From NCBI GenBank assembly GCA_003971905.1, contig RSEE01000017.1:62001-126000 (forward strand): a DNA stretch of 64,000 nucleotides, in the 5' to 3' direction. This document shows positions 50,699 through 61,239 of the stretch, piece by piece. This DNA comes from Moniliella sp. 'wahieum'. Taxonomy: Eukaryota. Numbering within the stretch: the stretch's first letter is position 1; the number at the start of each line of letters is the position of its first letter. The notes under the pieces were generated by a model, which saw only the letters and a list, made by a program, of their open reading frames with translations, did not search any database and had not been told where the DNA came from. The translations under genes and the position numbers were made by a program.

Positions 50699-51830
50699 CT
50701 ATCCCCGCCAAACATCTCTCCAGTCAGTGGTTAAAGGAAAAAGAACGTGCCACCCTGCCAGAGCTTGGGTGAAGTCGGCACAGAATGTAACCTATACTAG
50801 TGTTGTATCGTACCAGAAGCAGGGATGATCGAAGATGACTATGGACCATTTTCATCTTCATCTTCATCTTCATCTTGTAAGGCAAGCTCGCCGCCGCGTC
50901 CACGGGTGTGAAAAACCTACCTCTAGACCGTTCTTGGCCCTCCCGCAAACCCTATAGCCCGAAACGGACCCGTGCTAACAAAACTGATATCGTGAAAAAT
51001 GTATCATGCATTCCAAGCGGTACAGTCACAAAGCATCCAGGACAGAAGTGAAAGGTGAAAACCCGATACCCCTCGTCTCTTCATCGGAGGGGAAAAGGTG
51101 ATGAATGAAAAAGGCGATGAAGTTGTGAATGACCGAAGAACTGGAAAGCCATCAAAACGTAGCTACCTGAGCATGCGATGGGTACGAGTCCACCGTGTCC
51201 CGAGAAAGCATCATCCAAAAAAAGTCAAAGAAAGTTTTTTTCATGCCCCCAGAAGGGATCAGGTGAAGAGATTGGAGTAATCCTCTGCTTTTCTCTGGGA
51301 CCACGGAAAGTGAGAGAAAACATACCTGAATTGCAACCAATCCACTAGAAGACGTGGAGAGCATGTCGAGGCATCTGGACTACTCAAGCAAGCGGAGAAA
51401 CAGGGGTATCATCCAGAATGGGGTATTCAAATCTGAACCAAGGCAAAAATGGTCAGTACCTCTGTCCTACACCCCGCAAGGCGGAAAAGGAAAATTCAGG
51501 AGCCAAAATATCGTCTTCGGCCGTACTGCGCTCGCCGGATCAAGGAAAAAGTATCCGTGACCCATTGAGGCAGAGCCTTGGACTCGTCATTTAAATTCCT
51601 CATCATGGTGAGGAAAGCAGAAAGGGGAACATACCAAAACAAATGCGAATCGCCGCTGGCGTACTTGTACAAATTATGGGTATCCCCCATCCCAGCCGCC
51701 CTGGAGGAGCGGCGGAGGAGAGGGAAACCCAGGGGTGGTGGTGGAATGAGAAGGAAGAACACCACGATCCCACGGCGTTTAAAACGTCTGAGGGTGGAAG
51801 AGAATTTTCACCCATCGGTGCAATGTGACA
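50699..51830 (-). ncRNA. Putative spliced non-coding snoRNA host gene (ends unknown)
   Basis: Two GTATGT donors on the minus strand (51634 and 51325). Intron 1 51433-51634 has a CTGAC branch point and TTCAG acceptor. A downstream CTGAC..TAG acceptor lies at 50699-50727. No convincing ORF in the exons. Confidence 0.65.
51492..51610 (-). ncRNA. Intronic box C/D snoRNA, snR75/U15(SNORD15)-like
   Basis: Box C ATGATGA (51606-51600), guide TTAAATGACGAG (51594-51583) + T + D' CCAA, and box D CTGA (51499-51496). The guide pairs with the conserved LSU rRNA segment CUCGUCAU, and the D'+5 rule targets the G equivalent to yeast Gm2288. Box D lies about 63 nt upstream of the 3' splice site. Confidence 0.8.
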
Positions 51831-51989
51831 TGGAAGAAGAGTGCCCATCTGCCTTGGGCGGAATTGGCTGGTGAAACAGAAATTTGCAGGTCCGCCGCCC
51901 CCCCAAGTGGAGGCAAATCAAAGCTTTGGGGCAACCCGGGTCCATACGTGCTCCACCTCCATCGCCCCTCTTCCGCCCAGCTCACCAAG

Positions 51990-52492
51990 ATGGCCAAAAG
52001 CTTGCGTTCGACGGTTCGGGTGCGCGCACGCAACATTAAGCGCACCGACCCGAACGGGGACTACGTTAAGGTGCAGAAGCAGCGCGAGGCAGAGATCGCG
52101 GCGCGCCTGGCTGAGCGCAAGCTGCAGCCTAAAACTTCCGTCTTGGCCCGGTTGAAGGACATCAAGGAGCGCAAAGAGGCCGGAGAAGAAGTGTCGGAGG
52201 AGGATGAGCTCTTTCTGCAAAATGGGGGGGCTGCGACCGAGGCACCAGAAGGTATGCATTCCCCTCTTTCTCCTGCTTGGCGAGATCAGGACTGACATGA
52301 TGCCTACCACCAGCCATGGCTGTTGACGAGGGCAACACGGCCCCGGCCGCCTTGGGATCACTGTCCAAGTCCTCGAACAAAAAGAAGTTGGCCAAAAAGA
52401 ACAAAAAGGCTCCTGCTAAGCGCACCCACCACAAGGTGTCGGCACCCAAACGCGGGAACCCCAAAGACCGCAAGCCCGCCAACTACATTTAG
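51990..52492 (+). CDS. LLPH/LAPS18/YBL028C (DUF2423)-like small basic nucleolar protein
   Basis: N-terminus MAKSLRSTVRVRARNIKR is characteristic of the family. Intron 52252-52313, Lys-rich C-terminus, TAG at 52490-52492. Confidence 0.8.
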
Positions 52493-54250
52493 GACCTTTG
52501 TTGTTGGTCGCGCCCCCCGGGTCGGCAGCCATGGCATCTCCCTGTGGGCGGTGTGGAGCATCCTATGCTTCTGTATACACCATGGGCCTTTGGCTAAGTC
52601 GGCGTGAGGCTTACGCTACTTGACTCAGCGCGGTGTGAATTGGAACACCAGGATAGCCTCATGGCGTATATCCTCTGGCTTCCGTCTCTACTGCCCTCCC
52701 ACCATCTCTTTGCTCCCGCTATAAGTGTACAATATGATTTTTGCAAAATGTCTTTGGGTGTGTTGCTCGTGTCCCAAGATTCCATTAGGCAATGTCCTTG
52801 TACTCATCAAACTATCTGCGTAAGGTATGGTTTTGTAACGTACGGGAGAGGGTCCAATCTCACAGCAAGGAGGACAGAAATGTGAGGGAGATGGCTGAGA
52901 AGATAAGGTCTCTGGAGAGGGACAGTCTGCCTACCACATCCCACAAGGGAATACCTGAGAGGCCGGAGTACGGGGGTAACTATAGCTACCTTAATACGTC
53001 CCATCAGCGTTGTCCCCACGATGGTGAAGGAAGGGAATTGAAAGGCACCATCCCAGGCGTATGTACTACAGAGGTGTCTGGTTACCGGTTGCAATCGTTC
53101 ACGGTCCTGACTGTAGCCACGCTCTCAACCGACATACGCTTACCCACCACAGATGCGCACCAGTGAGGAACACAGCGAGTGAACCAAAAGGTGCGAGCAT
53201 GGTTCTACCTCAACAACTCTGGGGGGTCAGTTCAAGAGACCGAGAAAGAAATATGCAAGACGTAGAAAATGAAGAGGATGTACTGGTGTGACAGGGATGA
53301 TTGGGCGAGTTGCGGCAGACCAGAGGAGTGGGGGGTGAGAGATGAAGGTATGGCCTTCCTCCTTCCATTTTAGCCATGACAGAAATATATGCATGCCCTC
53401 TTGTGTCCCCCGTTGATGTCGCTGAGTGGCCAGCAGTTGCGCTTTCGAACAGCAACAAGGAAAGAGTGGTGGAGTGGACCCCCAAAGCAGTACTAAAGTG
53501 GAAGTGTATATAACCTCTTTATACACAGCTTGTGGGTGCAACGACCCGGTAGCGCCTCCGCCGGCGAAGGCAGCCTTGCCTATCTAGGCGGAGAGGGATG
53601 CCAACGTTCGGGAGTCCTGGATATACCCCTTCCCCTCGCGGGTCTAAAAGAAAGACAGATGATCGAAGAAGGAGGGAAAGGAAACGGCTTACTAATTGCG
53701 AACTTGGGCACTACACTCACTGTAGTAAGGAAAGTGGTGAACCTCGCTCCCAGATAGGCCCGACATCATGCTGCTGGTGTACTTGTAGTCTGTGAGAAAA
53801 AAATGTGCATGCTCCGAGCCAACTCAGGATCAGATCTCAAAGCGGCCATGATTGCGGGATAGTTATGCATGGAAGCGAACAATAGACAGTCGGGTGGTAC
53901 AGAAGGAGAGAACACAGCTACAAATCTGGCAAAAGACGTGTTGGGTCCACCCTTATTTCACAGTTCTGCTGAATGGATGAGAACTAAAAAATGTGGTATC
54001 GATGTGCAGCTACATGGGCCCCCAGCCGACGATGCCGACGGCTTGCTCCATTGTGGACAAAGAGTCCCGGTGCCTCCGCTGAGTTCAGACTACTTTATCG
54101 GTTTGACGCAACCTAAGTTTGTCCAGCTCAGCTCTACCATACCTGCTCGCACCCCCGGCTGTTCTACCACCAGCTACAGAAGACTCGAGGCACGGCGGCC
54201 GGCAGCCTTCCTGTGGGCAAATCAGCATCCATACAGTTGTCCCCAGTGCC

Positions 54251-55044
54251 TCAACGAGTAAACATGCGCTTGCCAGCAGCCGAAGACTTTTGGGATGCCT
54301 GCTGTCGCTGTAGGCGGTCGGCCTTGACGAGGTTGGGAACATGCTTGATCCAGCGATCGTCCTTGCGGATCATGTACAGCTTGGCGCGGCGGAAGCGACG
54401 GAAGGGGGTGAGGGCCAGCGCCTTGCGTTCCGCGAGTCGAGTCACGGCCCAGGGCACGCTTGACGATGTGGATGTCCTTGATGGCAGGGGAGAAGAGCGG
54501 GATGATCTGCTCCACACCCAACTTTTCGACGAGCGTACGCAGACGGAACGTCGTGCCCGTCCCACGGCGATGGACCGCCATCAGCACACCCGACACGGTG
54601 GTGAAGGAGTGCTTGGCCATCGCGTTGGTCCAAATGTCAACGGAGAGGATGGAGCCCATGGGGATCTGGGTCCTGGTCTTGTTCTTGAACAGGCGCCACT
54701 TGGCATGATCAGGGTCACCTCGCGCACGAGCGCCATCTGGGGGGAGAATGTTCTTGTTGATGCGCTCGCGCTTGGGTTCGTGGGGTTTCTGCTCAGGCCA
54801 CTTGGGAATCTCGACGCGGGTCATGACATTCTTGGAGAAGGGGTAGCGGGGCACGAACGCCTTGTCCTTGCCCGCCTTGGACGGAGCGTCGGACTCGGCC
54901 TCCGTGGCGGCGGGGGCAGACTTGGAGGCGGACGGGACCTGGCTCCGCGCGGCAGCCGACAAGAGAGAGCGGGCGGGAGAGGCGCGGAAGAAGCACGCCC
55001 GACGCACGGGGGCGCAGCACAGAGCCAACACACGCGAGGACCAT
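54251..55044 (-). CDS. IMG1: Mitochondrial ribosomal protein bL19m, frameshifted
   Basis: Arg/Leu/Ser presequence; GSILSV...SGVLMAVHRRGTGTTFRLRTLVEKLGVEQIIPLFSPAIKDIHIV...RRAKLYMIR is the L19 signature. Confidence 0.9.
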
Positions 55045-55603
55045 CGTGGAGGAGAGCCTGGCAGGTCTGTCGGCGCTGCTCGTGGGAGGGATGGGTCGGG
55101 AGGGGAAAGCCCAAGGACGGCAGAGACGCGAGAAGTTGTGCAGATTCCGCCCGGGAGCGGAAGGCTGGCCTGTGGCTCACGTGCCCCAAATGCGGCGGTC
55201 TTACTAGTTACTGGTCAATGCTCGATCGATGATCGATGATCGATGACAAGCCACGGGCTGGCTGCGCTGAGTCTGAAATGTGAAATGTGAAATACTCACA
55301 TGCTCTGGCGATGGGTGATGGGTATTGTGATGGGTGGTGCTCCGATTGCCCCCCCGGATGTGGAGCACAGCTAGGAGAGTTCGGGATACTTAGTCTCCAA
55401 TAAGCTACTCACACCCTATAGGGGTGTTGGCGTACAGGCACCGCCATCGTTGCCCACAGACGCGCTGATTAGTTGCGCTGGCTTTGCCACCACTTCGCCC
55501 GTCCTGCCCACGACAGTCCACTCGACCCACTCGCCACCATCCATCCGTCTCTTCTCTCTCTCGCATCTGTGCTTTTGCTGTTGCAGCCCCCGACACACAA
55601 CAC

Positions 55604-58000
55604 ATGGCTGCCCGCAACAAACTGCAGGGTATCTATCCACATACAGTCCCTCCTTTCGTCTGTTCGCAGCTGATGCCATCTGCCCCGACATGCATCCCCG
55701 CGCGCGATGGCACATGCTGACTCTGATCATCTCTGTACACTACCTCCTCCCCAGGTTACATCGAGCGCACCCTCAAACGCGTCAAGGAGGGGGTGGATGA
55801 GTTTGATACCGTCCACGACAAACTGTACAACGCAGTCAATCCATCGCAAAAGGAGAAATGGGAGGGCGAGCTCAAGACGATCATCAAGAGGCTGCAGCGC
55901 TTGCGGAGCAGATCAAGACCTGGCTCCAGTCCAACGACATTAAAGACAAGACGCTGCTCCTGGAGAATCGGCGGATCATAGAGGCGCAGATGGAACGATT
56001 TAAAACGGTAGAGAGAGAGATGAAGATCAAGGCCTTCTCTAAAGAGGGCTTGATCGCCGCTACCAAGAAGGACCCAGCCGAGTTGGCCAAAGATGAGGCT
56101 ACCTCTTGGCTCTCCCACCACGTCGATCAGCTTTCCCATCAAGTCGAGGCGGCCGAGGCCAAAATTGAGCAGCTGGCCGCATCCAAAAGGCGCGCAAGGG
56201 TACCAGCCTTTCCAAAGAGGGTCGCATCGCCTCGCTCAAGGCACAGAACAGTGCGCGCAATTGGCACATTAGCCGCCTGGAATTGCTTCTACGCATCGTT
56301 GAGAACGACAGCCTCGAGCCGGAAAACTTGGATAGTATCAAAGACGACGTTGACTTTTATGTGGAGAACAATGCAGAATGGGACCAAGATGACCACCAGC
56401 AGTACGATTATCTGTACGACGCATTCAACCTGGATGAGGAAGAGGAGGCATTCGGTCTTAAGGATGCAGACGATATGACTTCCTCCCATGCCAGCACCAC
56501 CGTTCCCCCGCCCGAGGGACACCACAAGTCTTCCCCCAAGAAACGCGAGTCAGTGGATGAAAGCAAAGCCGATGTGGCCCTCATGGCAGCCAAAGACAAG
56601 CGAGGTAGCAAGCGGAAAGAGCAGCTGAAAGACAAGGATGACGAAAAGGAAGAGGCGCCACTGCCCCGGCTTGCTCCTTCCAAGGACGATGAGCAGCAGG
56701 ACGGCACCGCTGTCGTCCCGTCGGCTAACTTTTCCAATGTCCCTTCTACCTCCCAAGGAGCCACTGCATCCCCCACGCAGACGAGTACGGTGAGCACGGC
56801 GACCAAACCTCCGATTCAATACGCGGCTGCCGCTGCTGCTGCTATAATCCCACAACCACCATCACCACCACTACCGCAGCTCCCAACCTCCCCAACTGAG
56901 GCAGTGAAGGTGGGAGAATCCCCCTCCTCGAACTCTCAGGAAAACGCTTCCCCCCAATCCCACCATTCTGCCAGCTCGGCTTGCACGAGCACCTCCTTAC
57001 CATCCCAGCACCCACCTCCCGTTGCAACAAAAGATGTGGCCCCTTTTCAGCCCCTGTCGAGCCAGGTGCATCAGAGGAGTCCTGTGCGGCTGCAACCGTG
57101 TCGACTGATGCAGGGGCCACGCTCGACTCGCTGGACCCTCGCCCAGCGACCGGAGCTACCCCCGCATCCGACGCACTGGATCCTGCGGCGGACCAGTTGA
57201 CCCCGCCTATTGTCCCTGTCTCTCCCGAACCAGGTACGCTTCCGGCGTCGGCGCCGCCCCACGCGCCAGGGAGCCCGTCGTTGGCCGCAGCGCCCAACGC
57301 AGAGCCAATCCGTACGTCTCTCTTCACCCTCCCGATCTCTCCGGGTCCTCTCCCCCCCAAGAGAGAGTGCGAGACGGAGCCATTGGATATTGACTGGAAA
57401 TGACCCGTGTGTGTGTGCATGGGGCCTGGGACTGCGCTGCTAGTAGACACGGCGTTGCTTGCCCGCCACGAGCCGAACGAAGAGGCAGGAGGGACGTGCG
57501 AGCTGCCGTCGATTATACCGGCCAACGAGAGCGCGCGGTACTATGAGCCCACCACGCCCTACCCCACCCCGGCGTACTACCCCCACCACCCGCTGGCGAC
57601 ACTGGAGCAACCGGCCATGTATCGCCACCTGGGCTTGGACACGCTCTTTTTCATCTTCTACTACCAACCTGGCACGTACCACCAGTACTTGGCCGCGCAA
57701 GAGCTCAAACGGCACTCGTGGCGCTTCCACACCCAGTACCTCACCTGGTTCCAGCGGCACAGCGAGCCGCAGGAGATCACAGACGATTACGAGGTCGGCA
57801 CTTACCTCTACTTTGATTGGGAAGGCAGTTGGATGCAGCGCCAAAAGGCAGGGTTTCGGTACGTCCCCCGCCCCCCCTCACCAACTCAAGTGTGCCTCCT
57901 CGTTACTACTACCTGGGGTCGTGATGCGTTTTATGTGTATCGGGCAGGTGGGTTAACATGCGCGCCGGACAGGTTTGAGTACCGGTGGTTGGAGGACTAG
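55604..58000 (+). CDS. NOT3: CCR4-NOT complex subunit Not3/Not5, frameshifted
   Basis: MAARNKLQG | intron 55629-55754 | YIERTLKRVKEGVDEF, NPSQKEKWEGELK, MERFKTVEREMKIKAFSKEGL. NOT-box TPAYYP..DTLFFIFYYQPGTYHQYLAAQELKRHSWRFH..YFDWE. Intron 57859-57972. Confidence 0.95.
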
Positions 58001-58246
58001 GTAAGCGTGGCTACGTGCCGCCAAGGCGAGCCAGGTCGCGCGGCGGGGTCCGCCTTGTATACGTGAAAGACTAGAACTTTTCGTTTCCACTTCTTAACGA
58101 CAGAGGGAGCGTCAGGGGAAAGACGTGAGAGAGTAGGTGGGGCATTGAACTCAGGCCAAGGGCAAAGTGAAAAGATAGGGCAAGGATATGGCGATTGAGA
58201 TTGGTGGGAGGGGGGGGGGAGGGAGCAAATCCAAGATAGGAGTAGC

Positions 58247-59492
58247 CTAGTTGGCGGCAGGCACCTCCTCCTTTTCGACCAGGACTCCACTTTCAGTGAG
58301 CTCCGATGCAGGCTTCCGCAACGTTGCCTCGGTGCTCGCACCAGTGCCGACCTGGGTAGATTCGGCCTGGGGCTGCTGCTGCTGCTGCTGTTGTTGTTGT
58401 TGGTCGGCATAGCTCAGCAGACCAAAGTCTTCCGGTGCCTCGCCATAGCCCAGTCCCTTCTTATGAAGTTCGTCCGTCTGCCGCTGCACCTCCTTGGCCA
58501 GGTCGGGGCCCTTGCCCACCCCGACCACATACGACATCCACCGCGCCACCCCACCCAGGTGATCCCGGGGCGAAGGCGGAGCGGCGTGGGACGAGACAGC
58601 GGTGGCGGCGGCCACCATATTTTCTGGGTGCGTCGCGCCGTCCGGCACCTCGATGGCGCCAGCGAGATCTTGCGTGTCACGCTCCGCGTCCAGGCGGTGG
58701 AGCTCGGCAAGCATCTGCGCATGCACCTTGTCGGAAAAGTCGTGGACCGTGTCCTTGGAGTAAGGTTCGCTCGACACGGGCGGCAAGATGCGGATGCGGA
58801 TCGGGCCAGCCTCAAAGCGCGTCTTGCCATTGTCGTACAGAGCATAGTAGTTCTCACACACCACCGGCACAATCGGCACACCGGCCTGGAGGGCAAGGTG
58901 GAAGGCGCCCATCTTGAATGGCAGCAGGCCTGGCACGGGCAACTTGCTGCGGGTGCCCTCGGGGAAAATCCAGAGCGAGAGGTTTTCGCGGTGCATCTGC
59001 TGCCCGATGCGGGAGAAGGTGGCGATCGCATCCTTGCGGCTCTTGCGGTCGATCCAGACTGCGCCGGACAGGCTCATCCACTGGCCGAGGAAGGGCACCC
59101 ACTTGAGCTCTTTCTTGGCCATGATGCTCGTGTGCTTGGGGAAGATGGCACCGAGGTAGAGAATGTCGAGCGTGCTCTGGTGGTTGCCCACCAGCACGCA
59201 GGGGCTGTTGACGGGGATGTTGTCGTACCCTTCGACGATGCAGTGGGTGCCCGTGAGGAGGGAGGTGAGGGCGTGCATGGCGCGGGCGACGTAGTAGAAG
59301 ATGTTGAGGCGCTCGCCGGGCACGACCCAGACGACGAGCGCGAGCAGGATGCCGTACACGGAACACAGGCCCATGGAGGTGAAGTAGAGGAGGGTGTTGA
59401 GGTGCTTGCGGGCAGCCTGGCTGCGGGCTGAGGAGCGCAAGGAGCGCGAGAGGCGCGGCGGCGGCCACAGCGAGCTTGGAGACGACGGACAT
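58247..59492 (-). CDS. SLC1: 1-acyl-sn-glycerol-3-phosphate acyltransferase
   Basis: Acyltransferase motifs NHQSTLD, AKKELKWVPFLG, IDR, FPEGTRS, LPFKMGAFHLA, VPIVPVV. Start MSVVSKLAV with a frameshift near 59425. Poly-Q in the C-terminal extension (58373-58400). Confidence 0.95.
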
Positions 59493-61127
59493 GGCGGTGG
59501 AGGACAGGTGGGGGCGTGGGGCGTGCTGGCGTGGATGGATGCGGGCGCGGGTGTTGTGCTGGCTGGGGGTTTGAATATTTGTGTGCACATCACCGCAGGC
59601 GGCGCGTGACGTGTGAGCGGGTGGCGCGTGAGCGTGACGCGTGATGATGGATGGTCGATGGTGTGTGACCGCGTGGGCTGGGTGCGCCTGCGCCTGGGCC
59701 TGAGCCTGCGGTTTCACGCTCGCTGGCCGGTGGGCGCTGCAGGCTGCAGGGGGTGCGGTGCATGCATCCCACCGGGGCCCCCCAGCCGAGCGCTCTGCTG
59801 ACCTAATCGATACTCCGCGGCGCGCCATTCAGCTAATTCCCCCGCCCTCGGCCGCCCAGCCAGCGCCGCCCCGCACGGCGGCAGTGCGGGTGTCTGCGCT
59901 CCGCTCCGCAGCCTTCAGCGCTTCAGCAGCGCCGTGCGGCTCCTTCCTGCATGCCTGCTCCAGTCCGCCCGCCCCCGCCACGCTCCACGTGACCACATGG
60001 CTGCCCTGGCAGCGGCGCAGCCAGCTGCAGCCCCCAACCACGGTACACTGCCTCCCTGCCTGCGCCTCCGATGCCATCCGTCCAACGTCCAACGTGCAAC
60101 GCAACCCCAATCCACACCGACCGAGCCATGCATCGTTTGCCTGTGTCCGCACTTCCCCCCCGCGGGCGCAGCGCTTCTCGCCCACAGATGAGGAGCGCTT
60201 TAGATGGAGGACGAAAGAGGTAGGCGGGCAGGCAGGCAAAAAAGCGAGTTCCTGTCGGTGTGGGCGGCACGCCCAGCACATCCAGCCAACCGGCCCATAT
60301 TCTGATCAATATTCAATGCCTCTTCTGCAGTCGGGCGCCAGAGGAACGCGTTCATCTGTCAGTGTATCATTCTGTACACACGCGTGCCTCTCTTCGTCCA
60401 GCTTAAGTTGGGTGCGAGAATGGGCAGGGACAACGCGCGAGAGACCGTGTGCCATAGGTCATCCTGTTGGTCCTGCTGCAGAACGAGCATTGCTTTTTCG
60501 GTCCGGGCGTGCAAAACCTGGCAGCAAATCCCTGGAGCACAAACCTCGTTCGTCTGGGCGTAGCGCACAACCTTTTTTGGCTCTCGCGTCCCTTTTGTTG
60601 GATGGCGTTCCGCCTCTCCACCGTGCGTTGCTGTTCATCCTCCGTCACGCGTCATGACAGGCTGACGCCTGTGCCGTGGACGATGTTGAGCCATCGGGTG
60701 GCTCGTGCTTTGGCCAATGTCCCTTCAGTTCCTCCTCAGGCCTGGGAGTTCCGTTGTTTTCTCTCTCCTGTTTTTTCCTTGTTCCGCAGCTTAAGTCCCT
60801 GGTAGCGACTCGCTGCTTGATGTTCCTCCATAGGTGTTGATGGTTGGCTTAGACCACCACCACCAGTGCGATTGCATCACCATCGAGGACCACCAGGACT
60901 CCAGGTCTCATCAGATGATGGTCGGTTTCAAGCCTTCGTGCAGCGTAAAGGTGACGAACGACAGAAATCCGTCGTGCCCGTCGGTGCTTCTCGTTATTGC
61001 TCCAGCAAATGTGGATCCGACCCGTGCAATGCCGGCACAGTACGACAGGCAAACTTAGACGGCATTGATGAATGGCAAAAAGCGATCATTGCTTCCATGT
61101 AGTATAACTGGGAAAGCAGAGCCAACA

Positions 61128-61233
61128 GGAGCATAGCCTAGTGGTCTATGGCATCGTATTCAAGTCATTAAGCGCTTCCGCTTAAGAGTGGATGGAACTG
61201 CGACATTCGTGGGTTCGAGTCCCACTGCCTTCA
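61128..61233 (+). tRNA. tRNA with anticodon CAA (Leu) and 33-nt intron; atypical (short variable loop, 1-nt acceptor-stem defect)
   Basis: D arm TAGCCTAGTGGTCTATGGC; anticodon stem TCGTA/TGCGA with loop TT-CAA-G and intron 61165-61197 at the canonical 37/38 position; T arm GTGGG-TTCGAGT-CCCAC; 3' acceptor TGCCTTC plus A73; followed by T6. Confidence 0.85.
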
Positions 61234-61239
61234 TTTTTT
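61234..61239 (+). terminator. RNA polymerase III oligo-T terminator of the tRNA gene
   Basis: TTTTTT immediately after the discriminator base. Confidence 0.8.

Noticed and set aside
51098..51170. Plus-strand C/D snoRNA (GTGATGA...CTGA)
   Set aside because: No rRNA-complementary guide that I can recognise, and the splice signals show the locus runs on the minus strand.
51240..51300. TPP riboswitch (minus-strand ACCUGAUC in an intron)
   Set aside because: It lacks the CUGAGA and UAAU..GCG motifs, and there is no thiamine gene nearby.
50699..51325. Telomerase RNA (a loop AGAG-GUAGG-UUUU loosely resembles CR4/5 P6.1)
   Set aside because: There is no CCCUAA-type template on the transcribed strand, the putative P6.1 stem is weak (two G-U pairs), and no A-rich pseudoknot partner was found. 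Kept only as an unexplained structured region.
52584..52598. U2 snRNA-like GGCCTTTGGCTAAG
   Set aside because: No following GATCAAGTGTAGTA branch-recognition sequence or Sm site; chance match in a 3' UTR.
52930..52950. 18S rRNA-like CTACCACATCC
   Set aside because: Only about 11 nt match; the flanks are not rRNA-like.
61161..61197. tRNA-Trp origin of the CAA tRNA (intron TGGAA is complementary to TTCCA)
   Set aside because: The register does not fit the canonical anticodon-intron pairing, and the D loop and G37 are Leu-like.
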